A stretch of DNA of 64,000 nucleotides, from positions 80,182 to 144,181 of the forward strand of contig JAPOTY010000021.1 of NCBI GenBank assembly GCA_026708965.1, read 5' to 3'. Of the stretch, positions 35,383-45,459 are shown piece after piece. The translations under genes and the position numbers were made by a program. The DNA comes from Gammaproteobacteria bacterium (lineage in GTDB: Bacteria; Pseudomonadota; Gammaproteobacteria; Steroidobacterales; Foliamicaceae). Each line of letters opens with the position of its first letter. Positions within the stretch are counted from its first letter, which is position 1. The notes beneath the pieces were generated by a model. That model worked only from the letters and a program-made list of their open reading frames with translations, was not told where the DNA came from and made no database searches.

Positions 35383-37740
35383 TTACCCGGAAGCGGCCGG
35401 CTGAAGCGGCCAGAATATCGGCAGCATCAGCATCACCACAACGAAAACGAGCAGGGTCAGCGGCGCGCCGGCGCGGATGTAGTCGGCAAAGCGGTAATTG
35501 CCCGGCCCCATAATCAGAATATTAGCGGGGTGCGAAATGGGACTGGTGAAACTGGCCGATGCCGCCATGGCCATGGCCATCATCGCCGTGGTGGGGGCGA
35601 TGCCCAACGAGGCGCTGGCCGAGAGAACCACCGGAGACATCAGCACCACCAGCGCGGCGGTGGGAACGATCATGGTGGCCAAAGCCGTCACCAGGTAGAG
35701 GCCGCCGATCACGTACCAAGGCCCTAGGTTGCCGAGAAGATCGACCGCCGTGCTGGCCAGAAGCCGCGCCGCGCCGGTGTTGTCCAGCGCAGTGCCCAGC
35801 GGCAGCATGCCGGCGATCAGAAATACCGCCCGCCAGTCGATGGCCCGGTAGGCATCCTCCATGCTCAGGCAGCGGATGAGCACCATCAGGGTGGCCCCGA
35901 TCAGGGCGGCGATGGAAATCGGCAGCCAGCCGGAAAGCACCGCGCCGATCACGCCGATCATCACCAGGCCGGCATAGCGCTTGCGCGGCCGCCGGGGAAC
36001 GAAGGGCGTGACCTCGATGAACGAGGGATCGTTGGCCAGCCGGCGGAGATTATTGCGCGGCCCCACCAGCAGCAAGGCGTCGCCGAAATTGAGCCGCTCG
36101 GTTTGCAGGTCGGTATGCAGCGTTTCCCCCGCTCGCCGGATGGCGATCAGCTCCAGGCCGTACTGGTCGCTGAAGCCAATCTCCCCGGCGGTGCGGCCGG
36201 CCAGCCGGGACAGGGGGGCGAGCGTGACTTCCTCGGTGGCCAGCCGCTCGGTCGCAAAGAGATTGAGGGACGGCGTCATTTCCTCTTCGATCCGCAGTTC
36301 CTGCACCGCCCGCAATGTTTCAAGGTCTTCGCTGCGCGATTGCAGCAGCAGGCGGTCGTCCTCCCGGAATACTTCGTCGGCGTCGGGTATGAAGCGCACC
36401 TCCTCGCCGCGGCTGATGGCCAGCAGCCGGAACTCGAGCGCTTCCGCCAGCCGCGTGCGGGCGAAGGCAGCCCCCACCAGCGGCGAACCCGCCGGCACGC
36501 GCAGGCTGATCACGCGTTCCTCCGGCCGGTAGAGTGCTTCCACGGTGTTCTCGTCGAGCTCCACCACTTCGTCGAACGCTTCCAGTCGGCGAGCGAGGTC
36601 GGCGGTATCCGTCAGGCCCTGCAGCAGCAGGTAGTCGCCGGCCCGCAGCGGATAACGGCTCAAGCCGGACCGCTGCACCCTGCCCCCGCGCCGCGCCGCG
36701 ATCACCAGCCCGCGCGTCCTGATTTGCAGTTCCTGCCGGTTGACAGGAGCGTTGATGAGCGGCGATCCATGGGCGACACGCGCCTCCACCATGCGCAGAT
36801 GCTCGGTCTTGGGCAGCGTGGCCGCAATCGCTTCGCCGGTGTCGATCACCGCCTGCCAGGCGCGCAATTCCTCGATATGGTCGCGCCTGCCCTGCACCAG
36901 CAGGCGGTCGCCTCCTTTGAGAACGGTCTGCCGCGAGGGCAGCCGAATAATGCGCCGCCCACGCTCGATCGCGAAGATCACCAGCCCCAGCGTGGCGATG
37001 CGGCTGTCGGCCAGGGTCCGTCCCGCCAGCCCGGAGCCGCGGTCCAAGGACACCGTGAACATCAGGTCGCTGAGGCCGTAGCGGGCCCGCAGGTTGCGCT
37101 GGCTGGGGGGGCGGCTGAATTCGCCCGCTTCGCGCGTGGGCAGCAGCCGCCGTCCGAACAGCACCAGGAACAGCACGCCGGCGGTTAGCGCGGCGCCTCC
37201 CACTGGCAGAAAGTCGAACAAAGAGAAACGATGCGTTCCCTGCTCCGCCAAGGCGGCCGATACCAGCAGATTGGGCGGCGTGCCGATCTGGGTGGTGAGC
37301 CCGCCGAGAAGGCAGCCGAAGGACAAGGGCATGAGCAGCCGCGAAGGCGGCACGCGGGCCTGCCGCGCCAGCCCCATCACCACGGGCAGCATCAGCACGG
37401 CCACGCCGATATTGTTCATGAAGGCGGACAGCCCGCCCGAGGCGAGCATGATCACGGCCACCAGCGCGGCCTCGTTGCGGCCGGACAGGCGCAGCACGTT
37501 GCGCCCGATCAGGTCGCCCACGCCGGTTCTGAGCAATCCTTCACTGATGATGAACATGGCCCAGAGCGTGATCACGGCCTCGTTGCTGAAGCCGGCCACC
37601 GCCTCGGAGGGCGTGACCAGCCCGGTGACGGCGAGCGCGCCCACCACCAGCAAGGCGACGATATCCATGCGCAGCGCCTCGGTCACGAAAAGGACCAAGG
37701 CGATCACAAGGAGCGGGATGACCAGGGCGATATCAAACAT
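35383..37740 (-). CDS. SLC13-family permease with four TrkA-C (RCK-C) domains
   Basis: 785 aa. Transporter halves flank four recognisable RCK-C repeats, each of the form ...G..L....i......v.aI.R.g..........L..GD.LLv.G. Confidence 0.85.
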   Translation of the reverse strand: MFDIALVIPLLVIALVLFVTEALRMDIVALLVVGALAVTGLVTPSEAVAGFSNEAVITLWAMFIISEGLLRTGVGDLIGRNVLRLSGRNEAALVAVIMLASGGLSAFMNNIGVAVLMLPVVMGLARQARVPPSRLLMPLSFGCLLGGLTTQIGTPPNLLVSAALAEQGTHRFSLFDFLPVGGAALTAGVLFLVLFGRRLLPTREAGEFSRPPSQRNLRARYGLSDLMFTVSLDRGSGLAGRTLADSRIATLGLVIFAIERGRRIIRLPSRQTVLKGGDRLLVQGRRDHIEELRAWQAVIDTGEAIAATLPKTEHLRMVEARVAHGSPLINAPVNRQELQIRTRGLVIAARRGGRVQRSGLSRYPLRAGDYLLLQGLTDTADLARRLEAFDEVVELDENTVEALYRPEERVISLRVPAGSPLVGAAFARTRLAEALEFRLLAISRGEEVRFIPDADEVFREDDRLLLQSRSEDLETLRAVQELRIEEEMTPSLNLFATERLATEEVTLAPLSRLAGRTAGEIGFSDQYGLELIAIRRAGETLHTDLQTERLNFGDALLLVGPRNNLRRLANDPSFIEVTPFVPRRPRKRYAGLVMIGVIGAVLSGWLPISIAALIGATLMVLIRCLSMEDAYRAIDWRAVFLIAGMLPLGTALDNTGAARLLASTAVDLLGNLGPWYVIGGLYLVTALATMIVPTAALVVLMSPVVLSASASLGIAPTTAMMAMAMAASASFTSPISHPANILIMGPGNYRFADYIRAGAPLTLLVFVVVMLMLPIFWPLQPAASG

Positions 37741-37751
37741 CAGCGCGTACC

Positions 37752-40700
37752 TTACGACGCATCCGCGCTCACGCCGTAACCCCCGCCCCCGGGCGTTTCG
37801 AGCACCAGCAGATCGCCGGCCTCGACCCGCGCGCGGTCGCAGGCGCCCAGCGAAGTGACGCGGCCGTTGCCGCGCACCACGCTGGCCTTGCCCGCAGCGC
37901 CGTCCGCGCCGCCTTTCAGTCCGAAGGGAACGGTGCGTCTGCGATTGGCCAGCAGCGCCAGCTCCATCGGCTCGAGAAACTCGATGCGGCGCACCGCCCC
38001 GTCGCCGCCCCGGTGCCGGCCCTTGCCCCCGCTGCCGGCGCGGCGGCGGAATTCGCGCAGCAGCACCGGGTAGCGCAATTCCAGCACCTCGGGATCGGTC
38101 AGCCGCGAGTTGGTCATGTGGGTATGCACCGCCGCCGCGCCGTCGAAATCAGGACCGGCGCCGCTGCCTCCGCCCACCGTCTCATAGTATTGATGCCGAT
38201 CGTTGCCGAAGGTCACGTTGTTCATGGTTCCCTGGGACGCCGCCATGACGCCCAGCGCGCCGCACAGCGTATCCACCACGCACTGCGAGGTCTCGACATT
38301 GCCGGCAACCACCGCCGCAGGATGGCGCGGGTTCAGCAGACAGCCTTCGGGAAGTATCAGGCGCAGCGGCTTCATGCAGCCCGAGTTCATCGGTATGCCG
38401 TCGCCCGCCAGCGCCCGGAACACGTAGAGCACGCAGGCGCGCGTCACCGGCGAGGGCGCATTGAAATTGCCCGGGGACTGGCCGCTGGAGGCGCTGAAGT
38501 CGATAACGGCCTCGCGCTCCTTGGAATGGATGCGTATCGAGACCGATATCCGCTCGGCCCCATCCATCTCGCAAGTGAACGCGCTGTCCTGCAGCCGGTC
38601 GATAACTCGCCGGACCGCTTCTTCCGCATGATTCCGCACATGCAACATATAGGCGCGCACTGCGCTGAGACCGTAGTGCTTCACCAGCGCCTCGATTTCC
38701 GCAGCCCCCCTGGCGTTGGCGGCCAGCTGCGCCTTGAGGTCCGCCAGGTTGCGGGGCGGATTGCGGGCCGGCCACGGCCCCGCTCCGAGCGCGGCGAGAA
38801 GCTGCCGCTCCCTGAGGCGCCCGCGGGAAACCAGCAGAAAACCGTCGAACAGCACGCCCTCTTCCTCGATGCGGCGGCTGTCCGGCGGCATTGAGCCTGG
38901 CGTGGTCCCGCCGATATCGGCATGGTGCGCGCGCGAAGCCACGAAAAACTGCGCCGGGCCGGCATCGCCGAGAAATACGGGCGACACCACGGTGAGGTCG
39001 GGAAGATGCGTGCCGCCGTTGTAGGGCGCGTTGACGAGGTAGGCTTCGCCGCGCCGCGGGCCGCGCTTTCGCGCTTTAAGGACCGCTTTCACGCTGGCGT
39101 CCATGGACCCAAGATGCACGGGCATGTGCGGCGCGTTGGCCACCAGTTCGCCGCGCGAATCGAACAGCGCGCAGGAAAAATCCAGCCGCTCCTTGATATT
39201 GACCGAGTGCGCGGTGTTCCGCAGCACCGCGCCCATTTGTTCGGCGATATGCATGAAGCGGTTATTGAACACTTCCAGCAGCACGGGGTCTGGACGCCTG
39301 TGATTGGCGATGGCTGGCCGCCGCCGCCCGCGCCGGGTAAGCGCCAGATGCCCCGTTTCCCGCGCCGCGGCCTGCCATTGCGGGGGCACCACCGTCGTTG
39401 CGTGGTCTTCGGCGATGATGGCGGGGCCCTCGATCGACGCGCCAGGCGCAATATCCTCGCGACGGTAAACGGGCGTGGCGCGGCGCTTGCCGTCGAACAC
39501 GGCCCGCGTTTCAAACAAGGGCGAAGGGTTTTGGGTTTCGGCCGGCCCGGCATGGCTCTCGAAGCGGTATTCCTCGCCGGTCTCGCCCGCTGCCTGAACG
39601 CGGATCGCCTCAACCACCAGTGGTTCGCCGGGGGCCTCAATGCCGAATCGCGCCCGATGGGCCTCGGCGAACCGCCTGCATATGGCTTGCCGGTTCGATT
39701 GCCGCATGCAGAAGGGAATGGACAGCGTGTTGTCCGATCCCATGACGCGAATTTCGGCAACCCGTTCGAAAGATAGCCGGACGGCCGGAATATCCGCGCT
39801 GAGCAGTTCGGCGCGGCAGGTTTCGTCCAGACTCGCGAACCGCGCCTTCAGATGGCTGATCAGTTCCGCGTCCAGCACCTTCTCCACCGCCTCCTGGCGG
39901 TAGGCGCGCAGAGGCGCCAGCCCCAGCCCCAGCGCCGACAGCACGCCGGCCAGCGGGTGGAGCAGCACCGTTTCCATTCCGAGTTCCTCGGCGAGCGCGC
40001 AGGCGTGCTGGCCGCCGGCGCCGCCGAAGCAGCAGAGCGCGAACTCGGCCGGGTTTTCGCCTCTTTGCACCGAAATCCTCTCGATGGCGGCGGCCATCTG
40101 GTTGACAATGACGCGCAGAAACCCTTCGGCGACCTGCTCGGCGCTCATGGCCGCGCCGCCGTCCGCCTGGACCTCCCGCGCCAGCCGCGTGAAACCCGCG
40201 CGCGCCGCCTCCATGTCCAGCCCCTGCTGCCCGCCCGGTCCGAACACCTGCGGAAACAGATCCTGGTGGATGCGGCCCAGCAGCAGGTTGGCGTCGGTTA
40301 CGGTCAGCGGACCGCCATTGCGGTAGCAGGCCGGTCCCGGGTTAGCGCCGGCCGATGCCGGCCCGGCAACGAATCGGCCGGAGCGAAGCTCGAGGATGGA
40401 GCCGCCGCCGGCGGCCACCGTGTGCATCTTGAGCATCGGCGAGCGGATCCTCACGCCGGCAATCTCGTTGTGAGTCGCATATTCGTAGTTGCCGGCATAG
40501 AGGGCCACGTCGGTGGACGTGCCGCCCATGTCGAAGCAAATCAGTTTCTCGAAGCCCGCCTGGCGGGCAGTGCGCGCGGCGCCCACCACGCCGGCCGCAG
40601 GGCCCGAGAGCACGGCGTCCTTGCCGCGGAACCGGGCGGCGTTCACCAGCCCGCCATTGCTCTGCATGAAGGCGAGGCGGCGCGGCGCGATTTCCCGCTC

Positions 40701-41378
40701 GCGCAAACCTTGGCGCAGGTTTTCGATATGGCGGCGCAATACGCCCGAGAGATAGGCATCCGCCAGCGTGGTATCACCGCGGCCGATCAGCTTGATAAGG
40801 GGCGACACCTCGTGTGAGAGCGATACTTGATCGAAGCCCGCCTCCGCCGCCAGCCTGCCCGCCAGCTTCTCGTGCTCCGGGTTGCGCCAGGCGTGCATGA
40901 AGCACACGGCCACCGCCGTAAGGCCCTTTGCCCGCGCCGCTCCAAGCTCCTGTGCCAGCGCGCCGATATCCAGCGGCGTCAACTCTTCGCCGGCGGCATC
41001 GATTCGCCCCTCCGCTTCCAGCACTTCCGCATACAGGGGGGCCGGCCGGCTGATCCGGAGACTGAAGAGGTCTGGTCGGTTCTGGTAGCCGATCAGCAGC
41101 GCGTCGGCGTAGCCCCGGGTAACGACCAGCAGAACCCGGTCTCCGCGGCGTTCGAGCAAGGCGTTGGTGGCCACTGTCGTGCCCATTTTCAGGTCTTGCA
41201 CGGCGGCGGAATCTTCGTTGCCGGCCAGCAGCGATCCGATGGCATGCACCGCTGCGTCCGAATAGCGCGCCGGGTTTTCGGACAGCAGCTTGCGAACCTC
41301 CAGCCCTCCTTGGGGATTGCGGGCCACCACGTCGGTGAACGTGCCGCCGCGATCGATCCAGAACCGCCATCCGGGCAT
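37752..41378 (-). CDS. fused hydantoinase A/B family enzyme (5-oxoprolinase-like, ATP-hydrolysing)
   Basis: ORF 37752..41483 trimmed to Met36 ([18 protein letters not shown]). The upstream 35 codons are read-through of the repeat element. About 1208 aa, typical of a fused HyuA-HyuB. Confidence 0.9.
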   Translation of the reverse strand: MPGWRFWIDRGGTFTDVVARNPQGGLEVRKLLSENPARYSDAAVHAIGSLLAGNEDSAAVQDLKMGTTVATNALLERRGDRVLLVVTRGYADALLIGYQNRPDLFSLRISRPAPLYAEVLEAEGRIDAAGEELTPLDIGALAQELGAARAKGLTAVAVCFMHAWRNPEHEKLAGRLAAEAGFDQVSLSHEVSPLIKLIGRGDTTLADAYLSGVLRRHIENLRQGLREREIAPRRLAFMQSNGGLVNAARFRGKDAVLSGPAAGVVGAARTARQAGFEKLICFDMGGTSTDVALYAGNYEYATHNEIAGVRIRSPMLKMHTVAAGGGSILELRSGRFVAGPASAGANPGPACYRNGGPLTVTDANLLLGRIHQDLFPQVFGPGGQQGLDMEAARAGFTRLAREVQADGGAAMSAEQVAEGFLRVIVNQMAAAIERISVQRGENPAEFALCCFGGAGGQHACALAEELGMETVLLHPLAGVLSALGLGLAPLRAYRQEAVEKVLDAELISHLKARFASLDETCRAELLSADIPAVRLSFERVAEIRVMGSDNTLSIPFCMRQSNRQAICRRFAEAHRARFGIEAPGEPLVVEAIRVQAAGETGEEYRFESHAGPAETQNPSPLFETRAVFDGKRRATPVYRREDIAPGASIEGPAIIAEDHATTVVPPQWQAAARETGHLALTRRGRRRPAIANHRRPDPVLLEVFNNRFMHIAEQMGAVLRNTAHSVNIKERLDFSCALFDSRGELVANAPHMPVHLGSMDASVKAVLKARKRGPRRGEAYLVNAPYNGGTHLPDLTVVSPVFLGDAGPAQFFVASRAHHADIGGTTPGSMPPDSRRIEEEGVLFDGFLLVSRGRLRERQLLAALGAGPWPARNPPRNLADLKAQLAANARGAAEIEALVKHYGLSAVRAYMLHVRNHAEEAVRRVIDRLQDSAFTCEMDGAERISVSIRIHSKEREAVIDFSASSGQSPGNFNAPSPVTRACVLYVFRALAGDGIPMNSGCMKPLRLILPEGCLLNPRHPAAVVAGNVETSQCVVDTLCGALGVMAASQGTMNNVTFGNDRHQYYETVGGGSGAGPDFDGAAAVHTHMTNSRLTDPEVLELRYPVLLREFRRRAGSGGKGRHRGGDGAVRRIEFLEPMELALLANRRRTVPFGLKGGADGAAGKASVVRGNGRVTSLGACDRARVEAGDLLVLETPGGGGYGVSADAS

Positions 41379-41437
41379 ATTTCGGATTGTACGTCCCGCG
41401 CCGCTCTCTGGATGATGCGGGCTCCGTGCTTCCTCCG

Positions 41438-41664
41438 CCTTTTCCCCGCCCCTTGCCCGCAGGAGACGCATGAACCCATCCATGGGGCTTGGCGGCGGCT
41501 ATCCTGCCGCCGACACTCCTCCGGGCAAGGGGCGGGGAAAAGGCTCACGCCGGCGTTGGCGCAGGAGGCGCATGAACCCATCCATGGGGCTTGGCGGCGG
41601 CTATCCTGCCGCCGACACTCCTGCGGGCAAGGGGCGGGGAAAAGGCTCGCGCCGGCGTTGGCGG
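41438..41664. repeat. two tandem copies (102-bp period) of the palindromic intergenic element
   Basis: Left arm ccttttccccgccccttgcccgcaggag (41438-41465). Right arms at 41516-41543 (1 mismatch) and 41618-41645 (perfect complement). Core catgaacccatccatggggcttggcggcggctatcctgccgccgacact repeats at 41469 and 41571. Confidence 0.9.
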
Positions 41665-41746
41665 CGGGGCTGGCCTTCGCGCACCTTTTGTAATAGGCGG
41701 GCTATAGTTGGGCGCTTCCAAAGTGTTTTGGTTGGCCGGATAGCGA

Positions 41747-43159
41747 ATGAACAGCAGCACAACCGTTATCGTTACCTTGATTGCCTACAACCTGATCCTG
41801 CTGGGGATGGGCTTGTGGGCGCGCCGCCGCACACGCGATCAGGGCGATTTCCTGCTCGGCGGGCGGCGCATCGGCGCTTGGCTGACATCGTTGAGCGCTT
41901 CGGCCAGCACCACCTCGGCCTGGACGCTGCTGGGCATAAGCGGCTTTGCCTATGCGCTGGGCCCGCCGGGATTGTGGCTGGCCCTTGGCGCCGTGTTCGG
42001 CTATGTGCTCAGCTGGTGCTGGGTGGCGCCGCGCCTCAACAGGGCGGCCGAGCGAACGGGCGCGCTCACGCTCACGGAGTTGCTGCTGGGCGGCGACGAT
42101 ACCTGGGCGCGGCTGGCTCGCCGCGCGGCCTCGATCATTATTCTGATCTGTTTCACCTTCTACGTGGCCTCGCAATTCCAGGCCGCCGCCAACGCCTTCG
42201 GGGAATCGCTGGGCATTTCGGCGCAGTCCGGCATCCTGCTGGGGGCCGGGGTCATACTGACCTATACCTTGCTGGGCGGCTTTTTGGCGGTGAGCCTCAC
42301 CGACAGCCTTCAGGGTTTGCTGATGCTGCTGGCGTCGCTGCTGCTGGCCGGCACGATGATGTTCGCGGTCATTGTGATTTCCGGCACCAACAATATGTTC
42401 AGCGTGATCGGCGAACCCTTCAGCCTGGCGCCGCCGCAGACCGGGCTCGCGGCGGCGGGGTTTCTTATCGGCTCCTTGTGCGTGGGCCTCGGGCAGCCGG
42501 GCCAGCCGCATGTGGCCAATCGCTTCATGGCGGCGCGCGATCAACGCGCCGTGCGCCGGGGCCGGATCATTGCGCTGGCTTGGGTGGTGCTGGTTTTCGC
42601 GGGGATGGCCGTGCTGGGCATGGCCGGCCGGGTGCTGTACTCCGATATTGCCAATCCCGAGAACCTGTTCTTCGTCGCCACCGAACGCCTGCTGCCGCCG
42701 GTGCTGTCCGGGATCGTGATCGCGGCGGTGCTCAGCGCCATCATGTCCACCGCCGACAGCCAGCTTCTTACCGGGGCGGCGGCGGTTTCGCGCGACTGGA
42801 GCCTTGAGCGGGCGCGCAAGGCGGCGGGCCTTAAGACCACTTACGCCGCGGTGATCGCGATAACGGCCGGCGCTGCTCTGATCGCACTGTTCGCGCCGCA
42901 GTCCGTGTTCCTGAGGGTGCTGTTCGCCTGGCACGCGCTGGGCGCGTCCTTTGCCCCGCTGGTTTATATGGCGGTGCTGGGCCGGCAGGTGAAATCCGCC
43001 TATGCGCTGGCCGTTCTGGTGCTGGGGTTCATGCTCACCGTGATTCTGCACTGGCAGCCTGACACTCCCGGCGACTGGGCCGAGCGCCTTGTGCCGATCA
43101 TGGTGACTCTGGCCATTGCCATTGCCGGTTCGCGCCGCATGGCCAACGCCCGTGAGTAG
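41747..43159 (+). CDS. sodium:solute symporter (SSF family, PutP-like)
   Basis: 470 aa, polytopic. N-terminus ...DFLLGGRRIGAWLTSLSASASTTSAWTLLG typical of SSF. Confidence 0.85.
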   Translation: MNSSTTVIVTLIAYNLILLGMGLWARRRTRDQGDFLLGGRRIGAWLTSLSASASTTSAWTLLGISGFAYALGPPGLWLALGAVFGYVLSWCWVAPRLNRAAERTGALTLTELLLGGDDTWARLARRAASIIILICFTFYVASQFQAAANAFGESLGISAQSGILLGAGVILTYTLLGGFLAVSLTDSLQGLLMLLASLLLAGTMMFAVIVISGTNNMFSVIGEPFSLAPPQTGLAAAGFLIGSLCVGLGQPGQPHVANRFMAARDQRAVRRGRIIALAWVVLVFAGMAVLGMAGRVLYSDIANPENLFFVATERLLPPVLSGIVIAAVLSAIMSTADSQLLTGAAAVSRDWSLERARKAAGLKTTYAAVIAITAGAALIALFAPQSVFLRVLFAWHALGASFAPLVYMAVLGRQVKSAYALAVLVLGFMLTVILHWQPDTPGDWAERLVPIMVTLAIAIAGSRRMANARE

Positions 43160-44555
43160 CGAAGCAACCGTTATCGCCACGCTGATCGCCTACAAGGCGG
43201 TTCTGCTGGCGATAGGGATTTGGGCATACCGGCGCGCCCAGGACCAAAGCGACTATTTTCTGGGCGGCCGGCGCATCGGCGCCTGGGTCACATCAATCAG
43301 TTCCTCGGCCAGCGCGGCATCGGCCTGGACGCTGCTGGGCGTGAGCGGTTTCGCGTTTCTTGAGGGGCCGCCCGCCGTGTGGTTGTGCGGCGGCGTGATC
43401 CTAGGCTACATCATCAATTGGTTCTGGATGGCGCCGCGGCTGCGGGAAATGGCCGAAAACAGCGGCGCGCTCACCCTCACCGAATTGCTTCTGGGCCAGG
43501 GCGACGACTTCCTGCGGCGCGTTTCGCGCAAGGTGGCCTCGCTGATTATTCTCGTGTCCTTCGTGTTCTATGTGGCCGCCCAGTTCCAGGCCGCCGGCAA
43601 CGCTTTCAGCCAGGCGCTGGGGCTGGATTCGGATATCAGCATTGCTCTAGGTGCCGCGGTCATTCTCGGCTACACCCTTTTGGGCGGCTTTCTCGCGGTG
43701 AGCGTGACCGACACGCTTCAGGGCCTGCTCATGGCGCTGGTGGCGGCAGTGCTTCCGCTGGCCGCGGTGCTCGCGTTGGGGCAGTTGGAGGAACCGGCCG
43801 CCGCGCTGGCTGCGTCCGACGGGGCTTTCCGCCTCACGCCTGCCAGCGGCGGCCTCGCGGCGCTGGGCTTTGTGGCGGGCTGCCTGTCCGTGGGCCTGGC
43901 CCAGCCCGGCCAGCCGCATGTGGTGAACCGCTACATGGCTGCCCGCGACGAACGCGCCATCCGCCACGGCCGCATCATCGCGATGGTCTGGATCGTGCTG
44001 GTGCTGTCCGGCATGACCGCGCTGGGTTTGGCCGGGCGGGTTCTGTTTGCCGATCTGGGCAATGCCGAAAACGTATTGTTCGCGACAGCCGAGGGGCTGC
44101 TGCCGCCGGTGCTGGCGGGCCTGGTGATTGCCGCCGTGCTCAGCGCCATCATGTCCACCGCCGACAGCCAGCTTCTGGCCGGCGCCGCGGCCGCATCGCG
44201 CGACTGGCGGCTGGAGCTTGAGCGGCGCAGTAAGGGGCTGAAGCATACCTACTTGGTGGTGGCAGGCATCACCGCTGCCGCCACGCTGATTGCGCTGTAC
44301 GCGCCTGATGCGATCTTTTCGCGCGTGCTGTTCGCCTGGCACGCGCTGGGCGCATCGTTTGCGCCGCTGGTGGTGATGGCCGTTCTGCGGCGGCCGGTGC
44401 GGCCCGCCGCCGCTCTGGCGGTGCTGCTTTGCGGCTTTGTCCTCACGGTGCTGCTGAACTGGCAGGAGAACACCCCGGGGGACTGGGCCGAGCGCCTGCT
44501 GCCGCTGATGCTCACCATGCTCATCGCCGCCTACGGCTCGCGCCGCCCCCGCTGA
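43152..44555 (+). CDS. sodium:solute symporter (SSF family), tandem paralogue
   Basis: ORF 43116..44555 trimmed to GTG 43152 (8-nt overlap with the upstream gene). Collinear similarity to the 41747 product along its whole length. Confidence 0.82.
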   Translation: MSSEATVIATLIAYKAVLLAIGIWAYRRAQDQSDYFLGGRRIGAWVTSISSSASAASAWTLLGVSGFAFLEGPPAVWLCGGVILGYIINWFWMAPRLREMAENSGALTLTELLLGQGDDFLRRVSRKVASLIILVSFVFYVAAQFQAAGNAFSQALGLDSDISIALGAAVILGYTLLGGFLAVSVTDTLQGLLMALVAAVLPLAAVLALGQLEEPAAALAASDGAFRLTPASGGLAALGFVAGCLSVGLAQPGQPHVVNRYMAARDERAIRHGRIIAMVWIVLVLSGMTALGLAGRVLFADLGNAENVLFATAEGLLPPVLAGLVIAAVLSAIMSTADSQLLAGAAAASRDWRLELERRSKGLKHTYLVVAGITAAATLIALYAPDAIFSRVLFAWHALGASFAPLVVMAVLRRPVRPAAALAVLLCGFVLTVLLNWQENTPGDWAERLLPLMLTMLIAAYGSRRPR

Positions 44556-44652
44556 TGCGCCCCATTAGCACACCTTTGGAGGCGCTTCGGGTCGCCCGCT
44601 GCTTGCGCAACTCGGCATGGCCAGTCGGCTACGGCTAAAATCTTGATGCGCT

Positions 44653-44729
44653 TCCTTGGCAGCTCAAGAGGGCAAAGCAGTTGGTTGTTAACCAATTGGT
44701 CGCTGGTTCGAGTCTGGCCCGGGGAGCCA
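44653..44729 (+). tRNA. tRNA-Asn (anticodon GTT), atypical
   Basis: Hand-folded cloverleaf. Acceptor tccttgg/ccgggga (two G-U pairs), anticodon arm gttgg-ttGTTaa-ccaat, T arm gctgg-ttcgagt-ctggc (two G-U pairs), encoded CCA. Position 8 is C rather than U and the D stem is weak. Confidence 0.6.
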
Positions 44730-44779
44730 AACCCGCCGCGCTATAGCCAATCCAGCTATGAGGCAAAGAGGTAACGCAT

Positions 44780-44992
44780 ATGGCGACAAGCGAGATTATT
44801 TTCGAGGTCACCGAGTCGATGGAAGGCGGGTACGAAGCGCGTGCCTTGGGGCACAGCATCTTCACCCAAGGCGAGGACTGGCCCGAGTTGAAGGCCATGG
44901 CGCTCGATGCCGTCCGTTGCCACTTCGATGAAGCGGACGCGCCGAGGGTCATCCGGTTGCACCTTGTGAGAGAGGATGCCATCGCCGTATGA
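44780..44992 (+). CDS. hicB: HicB-like antitoxin (short, UPF0150-type fold only)
   Basis: 70 aa. EIIFEVTESMEGGYEARALGHSIFTQGEDWPEL. ATGA overlap with the downstream hicA. Confidence 0.65.
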   Translation: MATSEIIFEVTESMEGGYEARALGHSIFTQGEDWPELKAMALDAVRCHFDEADAPRVIRLHLVREDAIAV

Positions 44993-45240
44993 AGATTCCG
45001 CGCGACCTCTCCGGCGAGAAGGTCGCAAGGTTGCTCGCTCGGCACTATGGGTATCGTGTTTCTCGAACAAAGGGAAGCCATATGACTGTCACGCGCATGA
45101 ACGCGGACGCGAAGCGGCACAGCGTGACAGTGCCAAGGCACCGGGATTTGCATATTGGCACCTTGGACGGAATCGTGTCCGATGTCGCGAATTTCCTAGA
45201 TCGGCCAAAGCGCGAGGTTCGTGAAAGGCTTTTTGGGTGA
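44989..45240 (+). CDS. hicA: HicA-family mRNA interferase toxin
   Basis: 83 aa. ...GYRVSRTKGSHMTV.....RHSVTVPRHRDLHIGTLDGIV matches the YcfA/HicA pattern (GSH...tvP.H..l..gtl..I). Confidence 0.75.
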   Translation: MKIPRDLSGEKVARLLARHYGYRVSRTKGSHMTVTRMNADAKRHSVTVPRHRDLHIGTLDGIVSDVANFLDRPKREVRERLFG

Positions 45241-45459
45241 CTCGATAGCTGTGAGTCCCAAACCATATCTGCTGTCCCGCACACTTCAATAGGGAAGGTG
45301 AGATAATGCGCTTATCGAATTCGTGAGTCGGCTTCTGAATCCACTCAGGCGAACTTCGAGTTTATTGTTCGGGCGCAACGTTGGCCGCAAAAGAGACAGT
45401 GGACGGCACTCGCACAATTGGAGCGGAGAGGGAAGGCTATTGGCATCGGAGGCTGGTTT

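Noticed and set aside
41470-42807. 445-aa plus-strand ORF beginning with the duplicated peptide MNPSMGLGGGYPAADTP
   Set aside because: Its start is simply the tandem palindromic repeat read as protein. Downstream it is out of frame with the well-supported SSF symporter (41747..43159).
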